In this document: piece by piece, positions 1 to 14,415 of the stretch
Layout: every line of letters begins with the position of its first letter
How positions within the stretch are numbered: position 1 is the stretch's first letter
NCBI RefSeq assembly: GCF_009914755.1
Contig: NC_060927.1
Reading direction: 5' to 3' (one strand)
Source: the human T2T-CHM13v2.0 reference genome, Homo sapiens
Length of the DNA: 64,000 nucleotides
Translations under genes and position numbers: made by a program
Notes under the pieces: generated by a model
What the model was told of the DNA's origin: nothing
Databases searched by the model: none
The model's input: the letters and a program-made list of their open reading frames with translations, nothing else

Positions 1-557
1 CCCAACAAGAAGGGAATCTAGGTATGTAAACCACTTTACTCTCCTTCCATCCCCTAGATGGCCTGCAACAGCTTCTGACTAGGCAAACCCAACAGGACGG
101 CCAAAGCCAGATGGTTCCATGAATGTGGTATAGATAGGTGGGCTTCCTAGGGTAAGCAGTGGAAGGTGTATCTGAAGGGGAAAGTAGAGAACAGTGCAGC
201 CACCTTAAACATTCACTAACGTGCTGTTGCCTTCTAAAACAAGCAGAATGCATTTAAAACTTTTCATTGAGTGACCTATATCTTTACCATTAAGTTTACT
301 GGCCAAGTTGACCTACAGAATCAGTCCTTGCATTTTCATTTTCATTACATTATCTGACTTGTTCTTTGTTGAAATACATTATTTCTTCCCTTGTCAAATC
401 TCCTATCACCTGAAAAAATATATATACTTTAATCCTTGCATCACCATTTCTCATCTACATTTATTTTCCACTATATATATATAGAAGGCATAATTTTAAT
501 TTTTATCAATCCAACTTCTGTCTAACTGCACACTTACTTTTTTTCCTTTTTGCACTT

Positions 558-1209
558 TGTGGTTTGCAGAATTCTTAATTTCCCAAAAGACTCCACCTGA
601 CCAAAATGTACATGCCCTGTATAATCGCCTTACCCTTAACTGTAAGCAAGACCAGTGAATATGATGGAATATAATTCCTAGGATGACACTATTTGACATG
701 GCAAAGAGATTTTTCAGATATAGTCAGTTAACTTTGATGTAATCAAAATGGAGGAGCTAAGTGGACATAACCTAATTAGATGTACCCTTAAAAGATACTG
801 GACACTTTCTTAGAGAGGAGATGTAAATCATGATAGATTATCCTGGCAGCTGGAAGGAGCAGAATGCCATGTTATGGAGAGGACTACATGCAGGAACTGG
901 TGGACAGTTTATAGAAGGTTTATTGCTCCCTGTTGATAACCAGCAAGAAAGAAAGGACCTCTGTCTCATAATTAGAAAGAATTAAGTTCTGCCAATAATT
1001 AGTGAGCTTGGAATAGGACACTGAGCCCACTGTGGTGGCAGCCTTGGCCAGCATGTGGCTTTCGGGCTGATGAGACCCCAAGCCAAAGATCCAGCTAACC
1101 CATACCCAGAATCTGACCATGGACACCATGAAATAATACATTTTTGTTGATTTAAGCTACTGAGTTTGTGGTAATATGTTACACAGCAATGCAATGCAAA
1201 ACTAATATA
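558..1209 (+). mobile_element. MaLR solo LTR, MLT1E/F-like
   Basis: Starts TGTGGTTTGCAGAATTC, contains 'cagttaactttgatgtaatcaaaa', and ends with the MLT1-type terminus 'tttaagctactgagtttgtggtaatatgttacacagcaat...actaata'. Confidence 0.75.
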
Positions 1210-2649
1210 TACTTCAAGCATGTAAGTATCTAACTCAACTTTCTAAACTTAAAAGTTACTTGAAGGCTATGATTATCTTCTACTTCTAGAAGATAGAATA
1301 CCCTCTCAAATTATAATCAAAACCATGCTCTTATAACAAGTCAGTTACAGAGTGTAGGTGAAAATTCATGCCTTATGACTTACCACACAGAGTAGCCTTT
1401 CCACCTCCATTCTCTAATTGTTCTCCTGATGAAAACAATTAGTCTAAATAGACAGATGGAGACCCATGAGTTACCTAGGTGTGTTCAAAATAATAGGCAA
1501 TGGAGATAATCTAGAATAGATAACAGCAACCTATTTTCAAGATGCCAAAGGGTAGTGTGGATTAAAAAAATTAATAATATTATACATATACAGGAGCATC
1601 AGTTTGGCTTTGTTTTTGTTAAACATAAATATTAGTTTTGCTGCTGAAAATAATTTTTTTACTAAGCAAAAAGATAGCTCAAGCTTATAAATGATAAAAA
1701 TATTAAAAAGCAGTTTTTCATTCAGAACCCTCAAAAAAGAATGATGTTAGATTTGATAGTATTGAATGGTCAAGATAAGATGCCTCAAAAAAACATTGAA
1801 TCAAGAGGAGACTTGATGGGAAAGGAAGGAGGTAGCACTTCAGAAGATGAATGATTTTAAAGACAGCATTTTCTTCCTATAAATGGAGTTAGAAAACAGA
1901 AGGCAGATGCTGTCTGATTATCTCAGATTCAGCTAAAGTGGGATGTCATTTGTTATTCCAATTTACAGAAACTGCACAAAACAGTCATAACCAGACCACA
2001 TTCTCTTTCCCTGCAACACGTTAATCATCATTACATCTTTTTTCTGATCACTCCAGGAAGAAAAGTTGCAGATGTTCAGGGAATGGGTCACACATAAAAA
2101 AGAGAACAATTCTTGAGATTAGTGATCTTTCCTGCAGATGAAGTGAACAGAAATGAAATTTTATAATTTCAAAAATCACATTTGAAGTTGTATCTATTTT
2201 CATGTTAATCACATTTTAATAAGACAAATAAATATGAGGGAAAGAATTTTGTCCTTTGTTTTCTACTTTTTCTCAGGGTACTTAAATTTTGAGACAAATA
2301 CAATGAGACAAGTTTGCTTTTGTTCTAGTATTGTTTTTGAACTCTTTAATAGAGGATTATATTAAGTTTGTACTTTAATTCACTGTGGTATTTTAGGAAA
2401 TCATTTTTATAACTCACTATGATTCTGAAACCCAAGTTTCCAGTTGACTTGAGAATAGGTTTGAAAATTAGTATATTAATTCATTTACTTTGCTTTTATA
2501 TGTTATCTCTTCTCTGTTGATGCTCGCTATTAAAATTGAGATTTATAAAAACACAAAGGATAGATTTATAATGGGTGGGGCAGACACTGCATTCAGAACT
2601 GAATTCTGAAATAATGTGGCACAGAAAGATAGGGAACCTGAAATGTTGG

Positions 2650-3031
2650 TGTATTTATTAGTCTGTTCTCATGCTGCTAATAAACGCATACCTGAGACTG
2701 GGTAATTTATAAAGGAAAGAGGTTTAATTGACTCAGTTCAACATGGTTGGGGAAGTCTCAGGAAACTTACAATCATAGCAGAAGCGGAAGGAAACACATC
2801 CTTCTTCACATGGTAGCAGGAAGGAGAATGAGTGCTGAGAAAAGGGGGAAAAGCCCTTCATAAAGCCATCAGATCTCGTGAGAACACACTCTCTATCATG
2901 AAAACAGCAGCATGGGGGTAACTGCCCCATGATTCAATTACCTCCCTCTGGGTCCCTCTAATGACTTGTGGGGATTATGGGAACTAAAATAAAAGATGAT
3001 ATTTGGGTGGGGACACAGCCAAACCATATCA
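2650..3031 (-). mobile_element. THE1C/D solo LTR (MaLR)
   Basis: Reverse complement begins TGATATGGTTTGGCTGTGTCCCCACCC; perfect 5-bp TSD GTTGG (2645-2649, 3032-3036). Confidence 0.92.
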
Positions 3032-3142
3032 GTTGGTATTTTTATATTCAAAACGATTAAGGGAAATTAAAAAGGTCTTCATATTTTTAGGTAGAAAAAT
3101 ATCCCAGAAAGATAATTATCCTTTTATTGCACCCTAAATAAC

Positions 3143-3283
3143 TTTATTTTATTTATTTATTTAAATAGAGATAGGGTCTTACTATGTTGCCAAGACTAGC
3201 CTCAAACTCCTGGCCTTAAGTGATCTTCCCACCTAGGCTTCCCAAAGTGCTGGGATTACAGGTGTGAGCTACCATGCCTGGCC
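3143..3283 (-). mobile_element. FLAM / Alu left monomer
   Basis: T-rich tail, then a single Alu arm ending 'cccaaagtgctgggattacaggtgtgagctaccatgcctggcc'; degenerate flanking repeat taaataa(c/t)ttt. Confidence 0.88.
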
Positions 3284-3356
3284 CTTAAATAATTTTATGT
3301 TAAAAATTTTAAATCTCTTTGGGAATCTATTTCACTACAGTTCATATTTATTTGTT

Positions 3357-3661
3357 GGCCAGGTGCGGTGGCTCACACCTGTAATCCCAGAACTTTAGGA
3401 GGCTGAGATGGGCAGATCACGATGTCAGGAGTTTGAGATCAGCCTGACCAACATGGTGAAACCCCGTCTTTACTAAAAGTACAAAAATTAGCCTGGCATT
3501 ATGGTGGGTGCCTGTAATGCCAGCTACTCAGGAGTCCAAGGCTGGAGAACTGCTTGAACTCGGGAGGGGGAAGTTGCAGTGAGCCGAGATTGCACCACTG
3601 CACTCCAGCCTGGGCGACAGAGCAAGACTCTGTCTCAAAATAAATAAATAAATAAAATAAA
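3357..3661 (+). mobile_element. Alu (AluS, Sg-like)
   Basis: Full dimer from GGCCAGGTGCGGTGGCTCAC with (AAAT)n tail; TSD ATTTATTTGTT (3346-3356, 3662-3672). Confidence 0.95.
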
Positions 3662-4212
3662 ATTTATTTGTTTTCTTTTCTATACTTGTCACAATATATT
3701 CACGCAAAATTTAATTTCTTAACAACCATTAAAAAAACCTCAGTCTTTAATAATATAAATTGATATAATTCCTTAGTCTTCTTTACTGAAATAATATATG
3801 ACAAACAAACAACAAAAATTGTCAGAGGTAACTTTGATGATAATTTGTTTTTAACAAATCTAGTAAGCATATTATATCTACAGCACTATGTAGGCACTAT
3901 GGAACAAATGAACTTATTCCCTAGAATTCAAGGCCTAGAAGAGGAAATGCATATGTAATTTCACAGTTGTGCAAGGTAGCGTAAAACAAATGCATAATTA
4001 GTTTTCAAAGAGGTAAAGAATGTGATAAGGGAGTAATTAACTGCAATGAAAGTTAAAAGTCTTTATAAAACATTGTATAAACACATTCCAATTAAAAACA
4101 TAAACAGAGACTTAAATATATTCACATATATGGACATATTTTATTATTAACTATGCCTTTTGTCCCACAGAGAGAATGAATAATGAAGTGTCTGTTCTAG
4201 GCTGAAAGTAGC

Positions 4213-4330
4213 ATATATAATTTTATGTATATATATAATTATATGTATATTTTATAATATATAATTATAATATACTATAATACATCTATGTATTATAGAT
4301 GTATTATACATATAATAGACTATAATACAT
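4213..4330. repeat. TA-rich low-complexity tract containing a 14-bp perfect inverted repeat
   Basis: TATAATACATCTAT (4276-4289) and ATAGATGTATTATA (4295-4308) with a 5-nt loop. Confidence 0.85.
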
Positions 4331-5029
4331 TGAATAACACAATTGAAGGTTTTATCTAAGATGTTTGCCTTTACCTCTATAATTAAATAGACATCTATTT
4401 TTATAAAACATAATTGAACTGTATAATAATGCTAACATGGTCAATATAATGAGTAAAATTTGAGTTGAATTAATCTGAATACAAAATAATTTCTTTTCTA
4501 AGAACAGAATTAAAGTAAGGTACTTACTTCAAGTGGTGATTACTATAACAAAAATAATCATTTGCACCAGAGTTCAAAAATGCATATGCACATAGAAATC
4601 AAACGCGATTCTTTAAGAAAAATTATATTACCTTTTAACATGAACGGAGTTTTACATACCTTAGCTTGATATATAACCAGTATTTTTTGTTAAGGATTTT
4701 CTACCAAAAAGTACTTTTATTTATTGCACAAATTACTGTTCTTGTGTATTCTTCTAGCGTTATGATTTTATATAATTTAAATGTCAGCAAACTGAAACCT
4801 TGATGTTTTACACCTTCACATGGCTATCTCAAACTGACATTTGACAAGTCTCATGTTCTGTATAATAGAGTGACTTCCAAAACAAGTAATAATGTCTGAT
4901 TTAAGTACGATTTCATGACTTAAAGGAAAGCTTTTTAACTCAGAAGTTTTTTTTTGTTGTTTCTTTCTGTTTTTTACATTTTTCCAGTAATTTTCAAAGT
5001 CTAGAGGTTTTTCATTTGTCCACCCAGGT

Positions 5030-5731
5030 TTTTCCTCCATCCTTCTTCACCCGGTTAGTGTCCTACTTATATTGGGTCAGTAGAATCCTGCCCTATGGCT
5101 TCTTTCTTTCTTTCTTTTTTTTTTTTTTTTTTTAACTTTTTTCCTTTTCCTGAAACAGGGTGGAGTGCAGTGGTGTAATCACAGCCTACAGTAGCCTGGG
5201 CTCAAATGACCCCTCACCACAGCCTCCTGAGTAACTGGGAATACAGGCACATGCCATCATGCCTGGCTAGTGCTTTATTTTTTGTAGAGATGGGATCTCA
5301 CTATTTGCCCAGACTGGTTTCAAGTTCCAGGACTCAAGTGATCCTCTTGGCTTGATCTCCCAAAGTTCTTAAATTACAGGAGTGAGTCACCATGCCTGGC
5401 CCTGCCCCCTGGCTTCTAATTGTGGTCTAGCAGTGGCGATATTGGAATTAGGGAAGACGTTGTGTTCATCCTATTTATTTTCTTGCTCACTCACTCCCTG
5501 TGGCATCACTTTTGGCTGGTTGTGTTCCTCAACAAAGGCCACAACTCTGTCAAATGCCATACGAATTTTCTTCCTCTTGGTTTCCTGCTTCCTGCCTTTG
5601 ATACCTGAATTGCTTGCTCTGATGTACTGCACTAGATTTTATGGTTTATCCTTAAACTTTCCTAAATAAAATTCTCTAAAAGTAGCCACTTGAAATGTAT
5701 AATCCTTTTCCTACTGAGACTCTGACTGATA
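5030..5731 (+). mobile_element. ERVL LTR33-like remnant interrupted by an Alu
   Basis: 'ctgccc..tggcttc' motif, 'tcacttttggctggttgtgttcctc', and 3' terminus 'ttcctactgagactctgactgata' resembling the LTR33 end. Confidence 0.5.
5104..5401 (-). mobile_element. AluJ
   Basis: Poly(T) then a diverged Alu dimer; 16-bp TSD CTGCCC(TA/CC)TGGCTTCT at 5088-5103 and 5402-5417. Confidence 0.93.
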
Positions 5732-6019
5732 TAGTTAGTTCACGAAGTAAAAATAACTAAGCATCTCTTTGGGTTGGGAAGCTTACTAGATTGACAAAAA
5801 TAAAGTAATTGCCTTTTTTTGGTCTCTTTTGTAATATTTATTTATGTTAAATCTTTAACCTTTTTTTCTGCTCTCCATTTTCTCTCCTGGGTTAAACAGC
5901 CACTCTTTTCCCTTTTTGCGTAGAGACATTTGAATTTTCCCGCTTTAGACTAATGGTAGGAAACGGAGGAAAGAAAAATGAAATTTTAAAGGGAAGAACA
6001 GTGGTAATAAGAGGTAGGT

Positions 6020-6130
6020 AGGGGAAAAGAAAGGAAAAGAAAAGAAAGGAAAAGAAAAGAAAAGGAAAAGGAAAGGAAAGGAAAAAGGAAAAAGAAAAGA
6101 AAAAAAAGAAAAAAGAAAAGAAAGAAGAGG
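6020..6130. repeat. (GAAAA/GGAAA)n polypurine tract
   Basis: About 110 bp of nearly pure A/G. Confidence 0.9.
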
Positions 6131-6473
6131 TAGAAATTCAAATTCATTTTCTTGCTGCATTTTACCTTGCCCAACCTCGGTCCATAATACTGAGAAAAAA
6201 AGAGGAAGGTAAGGAAAACATTAAAAATAAGGAAATTGTGTCCTTTCACTGTTGCACTTTTTTTTTTAAATCATACTTTAAGTCCTATGGTACATGTGCA
6301 CAACGTGCAGGTTTGTTACATATGTATACATGTGCCATGTTGGTGTGCTGCATCCATTAACTCGTCGCTTACATTAGGCATATCTCTTAATGCTTTCCCT
6401 CCCCACTCCCCCCACCCCACGGCAGGCCCCGGTGTGTGATGTTCTCCTTCCTGTCTCCAAGTGTTCTCATTGT

Positions 6474-7217
6474 TCAATTCCCACCTATGTGTGAGAACAC
6501 ATGGTGTTTGGTTTTTTGTTCTTGCGATAGTTTGCTGAGAATGATGGTTTCCAGCTTCATCCATGTCCCTACAAAGGACATGAACTCATCCTTTTTTATG
6601 GCTGCATAGTATTCCATGGTGTATATGTGCCACATTTTCTTAATCCAGTCTATCATTGATGGACATTTGGGTTGGTTCCAAGTCTTTGCTATTGTGAATA
6701 GTGCCACAATAAACATACATGCGCATGTGCCTTTATAGCAGCATGATTTATAATCCTTTGGGTATATACCCAGTAATGGGATGGCTGGATTAAATGGTAT
6801 TTCTAGTTCTAGATCCTTGAGGAATCGCCACACTGTCTTCCACAATGGTTGAACTAGTTTACAGTCCCACCAATAGTGTAAAAGTGTTCCTATTTCTCGA
6901 CATCCTCTCCAGCACCTGTTTTTTCCTGACTTTTTAATGATTGCCATTCTATCAGGTGTGAGATGGTATCTCATTGTGGTTTTGACTTGTATTTCTCTGA
7001 CGGCCAGTGATGATGGGCAATTTTTCATGTGTCTGTTGGCTGCATAAATGTCTTCTTTTGAGAAGTGTCTGTTCATATCCTTTGCCCACTTGTTGATGGG
7101 GTTGTTTGTTTTTTTCTTGTAAATTTGTTTGAGTTCTTTGTAGATTCTGGATATTAGCCCTTTGTCAGATGAGTAGATTGCAAAAATTTTCTCCCATTCT
7201 GTAGGCTTCCTGTTCAC
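6474..7217 (-). pseudogene. L1 ORF2p C-terminal (cysteine-rich) fragment
   Basis: Translation ...[26 protein letters not shown]...[16 protein letters not shown] is the L1 ORF2p C-terminus; part of a truncated element. Confidence 0.9.
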
Positions 7218-7631
7218 TCTGATGGTAGTTTCTTTTGCTGTGCAGAAGCTCCTTAGTTTAGTTAGATCTCATTTGTCAATTTTGGCTTTTGCTGCCATTG
7301 CTGTTGGTGTTTTAGACATGAAGTCCTTCGCCATCCCTATGTCCTGAATGGTATTGCCTAGGTTTTCTTCCAGGGTTTTTATAATTTTAGGTCTAACATT
7401 TAAGTCTTTAATCCATCTTGAATTAATTTTTGTATAAGGTGTAAGGAAGGGATCCAGTTTCAACTTTCTACATATGGCTAGGCAGTTACAATAAACGTAA
7501 TCCACCATATAAACAGAACCAAAGACAAAAACCACATGATTATCTCAATAGATGCAGAAAAGGCCTTTGACAAAATTCAACAACGCTTCACGCTAAAAAC
7601 TCTCAGTAAATTAGGTATTGATGGGACGTAG

Positions 7632-8542
<911 letters not shown>

Positions 8543-9199
8543 ACTGTTGCACTTTCATTGTGGTTACAGCAACAATTTTAAGACCTCCGTGTAATGTACT
8601 GCTCTTCCTATAACCTCAATTCACATTTCATCTTCTCACCTTTCTTCAGCTCTAAGATTTCTCATATTAGATCAATCTTTTAAGCATTCTTTCTCACTTT
8701 ACACATTTCAGTTTCCATTTTATTTTCTTATCACAATTCCATTCTGTTGGTTTCATTCTTAGAAATATTTTCAGCTTATTGCAGCAATATTTACCACACT
8801 ACTCAATGTTTGTTACAAAAAGAAATAATCTTTTTATACATAACTGATATTAGTCTAATGTTTACTCCAGCTAAAACAGTTTAGTTCACAAACTTAGCTC
8901 TGAACTATTAGGGAGGCCAAGAGAGTCAGCATATTGATATCTCAGACGGTAAAGGTGGGTGAAAACAAAGTGAAAAAAATGGATAGAGAGTAGAAAGAAA
9001 ATCAGGCTGTTAGGGAACACAGGTCAAGTAACAAAAATAGTTGATAAGAATTAATTTGAATGATGATGTCATAAGAATTTACGTCATAAGAATATCATTA
9101 TTTTATACTGAAGTTCACTGCCCTCAAATTATTTACTTTTTAGTCAAGGGTGTTTCAGTATCTGTTCCTGTTGATATAGTTTGCATTAGCTTCATGAGA

Positions 9200-12100
9200 G
9201 TATGAAGATCCTGGGAGTCACAGTCTTAGAAGAGTTCTACCTTTTCTGAGCTTTTTTCCCAGGTTGTCATGGTGAAGAACCAAGAAGGACCCCTCATAGC
9301 TTTCCTCCCCTCATGACAAGGGAAGGAAAGATAAATCTTTGTAAATTACAACTAGGGCCTTCTCCCTAAAAAGAGGTCTACTTTCCAGTGAGTAGTGCTT
9401 TGGAAGAACACAATTCTGAAATCTTATATCAGCTGCTGGAAGGAAATTACTCTTCATTTTAACCTCCTCCAATCTTCTTGTCTCACCTAAGGAAATTAAG
9501 AGGGAAATACAGCCAAAGGGGATACTGATTCAAAAAAAAAAAAAATGGAAGTGATTCAATCAAGGAAGGAAATAGAGTCTAGGAGTAAAACGGCATACAA
9601 CTAAAGGAAAGACCTAAATACATGTAAAAGACTTACCCCTGAGACAAAGAAGAAATTTAATAATTAGATTTTTAAAATGTCCCCCTTCTCACAACCTACT
9701 ACCACACCAAGGTAGCTCAAGTAAAATAGTGAATTCCAGCTAAAAGAGCTGCAAGAAGCAGACTCCTTATGAATAACAGTATGTATAAAGCCCGAGAATA
9801 TAAAAACATGGACACTAGAAAAATTAGAAGATTCTTATATTTACAGCCACAAAAAAGTTTCATACTGCTCAACTCATAATCAGATTTACATAAATGCACA
9901 AATTCCTATTTACCAGAGATATCATTGTCAAATACAATATATCTGGCTCTCAACAAAAAATTATGTCATGCCAAAAAGCAAGAAAAATAACATATTGAAG
10001 AAACAATGTAATCATCAAGATTAAATTCATTCATGACATAGATTTTGGAATTATCTTACAGAGAATTTTAAATGCCCATGATTGATATATTAAGGATTCT
10101 AGTGGGGAAATAGACAACATACAGGAATAGATGGGTACGGCAAGTAGAAACAGGAACACTTTTTTAAAAAGCAAATGTTAGAACTGAAAATCACTGTAAC
10201 AAAAAATAATGTTTTCGATGGGTCTATCAGATTATTTGACATGATTGAGGAAGAATCAGTGAGCTTGAGATACATCGCTAGATTATCTCCCAAATTGAAA
10301 TGCATCGAAAAAAATGGAAGACATTAAGGAACTCTGAGGCAATTTCAAAAATTGTAGCAGACATGTAACTGTAATATCAGAAATAATATAACGAGGAATA
10401 AATGTTTTAAGTAGTAATTGCTGATAATTTTTCATAATTAATGAAATATCAAATCAGAGGGCCAAGAAACTCAGAGAACATCAAGCAGGATAAACACCAA
10501 AATCTACACATAGGTATATTTTTATTAAACTGAAGTAAACCAAATGCAAAAAAGGAAAAACGAATAATAAAGAAAAACTAAAATGCGTTAACAATAAGAG
10601 AAGAAAGGATAAGAATTATAGCAGACTGTTCATCAGAAATTATGTGAGCCAGAAGAGAATGGAGAAAAATATTTTGAATTGAAGGAAAAATAAACACTAA
10701 CCTAGAATTCTATATCCATTGGCAGTTTTCCTTAAAGGTTAAGAATAAAGACTGTATCAGACAAACAAATGCTCAGGGAATTTATCAACAGTATATCTGT
10801 CCTGCAAGAAATATTGAAAAATAATTTTCAAGCAGAAAGAAAATTACACAGGTCACAATTTTGAATTAACATAAATATAGAAAAGCATCTGGAAAAAAAC
10901 AAATAAAAGTCAAATAAAATATTTTATTTTTCTTATCCTTAATTTATCTAAATGGTAATTTTAAAAAAACCAATAGTATCAACAATGTATTGGGTGAGGA
11001 AATCATATTAAAAAGTAAAATGAATTACAAATATTCCAAAAAAGGCTGGAGGGAGTAATTAAGAATACTCTTTTATAAAGAATATGCACCAGTTGTAAAG
11101 CAATGTAATATTGTTTTAAAATGAATTTAGATTAAAAATAAATATTGTAAACTATAGGGTCACGCTTAAATTTTTTTATAATCGATATCATTGATGAAAT
11201 AAGACAGGAGAAAAAAAGAATTATTTGAAATACTTAAATGAAACCAGGTAAGTTGGGGGAAAAAACAAAAATAAGAAACAAGAAAAATTCAATGAATAAA
11301 AAGTTACCAACATGGTAATTATCAATCTAACTTTATCAATAATAACTTGAAATGTAAATGTTTAAATATATTTATTTTAAAATAGGTTGTTAGAATGGAT
11401 ACAAAATATCTAATCATATGTTCTACAAAAATATAGATTTCAATATTTTTAAAAAATCCTCAGATAGGTTAAAACTTAGAGGATAAAGATATACCATGCA
11501 CACAGTAATCAAGTGAAAATGGAAAAAACTATATTAATTTCAGAAAAAAATGATTGCAGAAAATACAATGCCAAAATATAAATTATTACTGACAAACAGA
11601 TAAGCTGGACTATATTAAAGTGAGAAACTCCTAGTCTGTGAAAGACACTTAAGAAAATGGAAAAGCAAAACACAAACTGAAAGAAAATGCTGCAAAATGC
11701 AAATCTGCTAAAGTATTTGCATCAAATTATGTTAAAAACTTCTAAAACTTAGCAATAAGAAAATAAATAGCTCAATTAACAATGAGCGAATGGTCTAGAC
11801 ACCTCAACAAAGAAGATGTACAAATAACGAGTACATACACATGTAAAGTGAAATAAAATTAAGGGATATTAAAAGGAAAAATAGGCTGGGCGGGGTGGTT
11901 CACGCCTGTGATCACAGCACTCTGGGAGGCCGAGGTGGGCAGATTGCTTGAAGCCAAGAGTTCAAGACCAGCCTGGGCCAACATGGTGAAACCCTGCCTC
12001 TACTATAAAATACAAAAATTAATAGGTGTGGTGGTGGGCACCTGTAATCCCAGCTACTTGGGAGGCTGAGGCATGAGAATTGATGGAACCCGGGAGGTGG

Positions 12101-14415
12101 AGGTTCCATCTAGCCTGGGCGACAAAGTGAGACTCTGCCGCAAAATAAATAAATAAATAAATAAAAATAAAATAAATAAATAAATAAATAAATAAATAAA
12201 ATAACAATGCGATACCACTACAGACTAATTAGAATGGTTAAAGTCCAAAAAATATCAATTTTAGATAAAGATAACAAGCAACAATATTTTTATTCATTTA
12301 TGATGGGATTGCAAAATGACATACACACTTTGAAAGATAGTTTGGCAGTTTCTAAAAAAGCAAAACATAGTCTACCAAAATGATTTTGTAATCATGCTCT
12401 GAGGTATTTGCCCAGTTGAAAATATGCCCACCTAAAAACTTGGATGTGACTATTTATAGCAGCTTTATTAATATTGCCAAAAACTAGACACACCTAAGAT
12501 GTCATTCGATCGACGAATGGATAAACTATGGCACATCAACTCAATGGAATCTTTTTCAGTGGTAAAAAAAGAAGTATCAAGCTATGCAAAAACATAGATG
12601 AATCTTCAAAATGTATTAAGTTAAAGGAGTCAGTCTGGAAAAAGGATACATACTTTATTACTCTATTAAGTAACATCTAGAAAAGGCTAACCCACAATAA
12701 TCAACACACAAGTGGTTGCCAGTGGTTTGGGGGAAGGGGGCACATTGAAAAGTAGCACACAGGAGCTGTTTTAGAGCAATGGTATTATTCTCTATGAAAC
12801 CTTAATGGTAGATATATGCCACTAAGTATTTTTTGAAGCCCATAAAATTGTAAAGCAGTAAGAGTAAATTTTAATGTATGAATTTATTTTTTAAATGAAG
12901 CAGCCAAAAGATTCAGAATGGAATTTAGAATTTTCAAAGTAATCTGTTTTACAAATGTATGAAATGAGCTCACCGAAGAGGTTTGGAAGAAAAGATGCCC
13001 TGAACCAAGTAACTTTTGCAATGAATGTAGTCTTTACAGACTAAAGGAGAAAGAAAATCCACACAAGAGCTGCATTCTACTTAATGAAAATGAAATTGTT
13101 TCCCATAGGTTATGGACTAACAATTTAAGACACTGCTATTTACGTATATTTGCATAGAACAATTAAATCGATGATGGATGTTGGCAGTGATGTTTTTCAC
13201 TGTTGAAGTGGGAAGTTACAGACAAGAAAGAGGGAAGCATAGAATTATCCAAGCAGTTCTGTATCACCGTTGGAAACATCAGTATGAATTCATGTTTAGC
13301 TTAATATAGAGGCAAATAAATACCTATATCAATATTTACTGGTATGCATAATATATCAGTTAGTATGCACAGTATATTTCCTTTCTCTCTCTGCTAAAGT
13401 AATCGGTGTTTTTTTTTAAGACTAAGTTAATGAATATGCAGTCTGAACTTGGATCATCTTGAAGTGCCAGAATGTAAGGAACCACTCAAAACCAAGCAAA
13501 CAGAACCACAAACAAGTGAAGAGGATACGTCAAAAGAACACAAGAGCCAATTTAAAGAGTTCCCAATGGCCAAAGTTGGAACAATTGGAGCAACAAAATG
13601 AAGTAGGAGTAGATTATAATCCAAAGCATGGCATAAATACCCATGAGTCCACAGTTATATAAAATAATGATTGAACATGTAAATAAAAGGGCAGAACATA
13701 CAAATCTCTTGTGAAGAGGAATTCCAAATACTGTATTGTCACTACCCTGCCCTCTGTGAGATGGAGTATAACTCTCCACTCTTTAAATATGAGCTTCACA
13801 TAGTGAATTCTTTCTAATTACTACAGTATGAAAAGGGGGAAAACAGTAAATGCATAGTGGAGAAATCTAACAAACACTGTGTCAGCCGGGTGATCAAGAT
13901 TAACTGCAATATTGTAAATCATATTGATAATATTGATTCTTGACACAAGGTGATGAAAATCTCACTTTTGGTCTATGGTTTTCCAAAAACCCATGACCTT
14001 AGTCTAATCATGAGAAAACATCAGACGACTCCCAAATGAGGGATGTGCTAACAAATAACTGATTAATATTTTTCAAAATTGTCAACGTTATCAAAACTAA
14101 GGAAAGTCTGGGAATTTGTCACATCCAAGAACAGCTTAAGTAGACGTGACAACTAAATGAGCTGTGGTATTCTATGGGAAATCTGGAACAGAAAAAGGAC
14201 ATTTAATAAAACAAAATAAATCTGAAGAAAGTATGGCCCTTGGTTAATATTAATGTTTCATTATTGGTTCATTGATTGTGACAAATGCATGATACTAACA
14301 TAAGATGTTAACATTAGGCAAAACTCAGTATGGGGTATATAAGAACAAGCTAATGTCTTCAAAATTTTTCTGTAATTTTAAAAGTATTCTAAAACTGAAA
14401 GTTTATTTCAAAAAT
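9200..14415 (+). mobile_element. Old mammalian L1 (L1MC/MD-like): 5' region, decayed ORF1, start of ORF2, ORF2 end and long 3'UTR
   Basis: A-rich ORF1-like sequence ('gaagaatcagtgagcttgag', 'cctagaattctatatcc'); 3'UTR motifs 'aaacatcagac...ggaaagtctgg...ctggaacagaaaaaggaca'; boundaries approximate. Confidence 0.75.
11884..12204 (+). mobile_element. Alu (S/J) with a right-arm deletion, inserted in the L1M
   Basis: Starts GGCTGGGCGGGGTGG; 'gaggttccatctagcctggg' lacks the usual GCAGTGAGCCGAGAT segment; long (AAAT)n tail. Confidence 0.93.

Noticed and set aside
1-202. Possible MLT1J/K LTR end at the window start
   Set aside because: Too decayed and truncated to call with confidence
5945-6249. 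Phe-rich ORFs resembling membrane proteins
   Set aside because: Translation of the (TTTTC)n low-complexity strand
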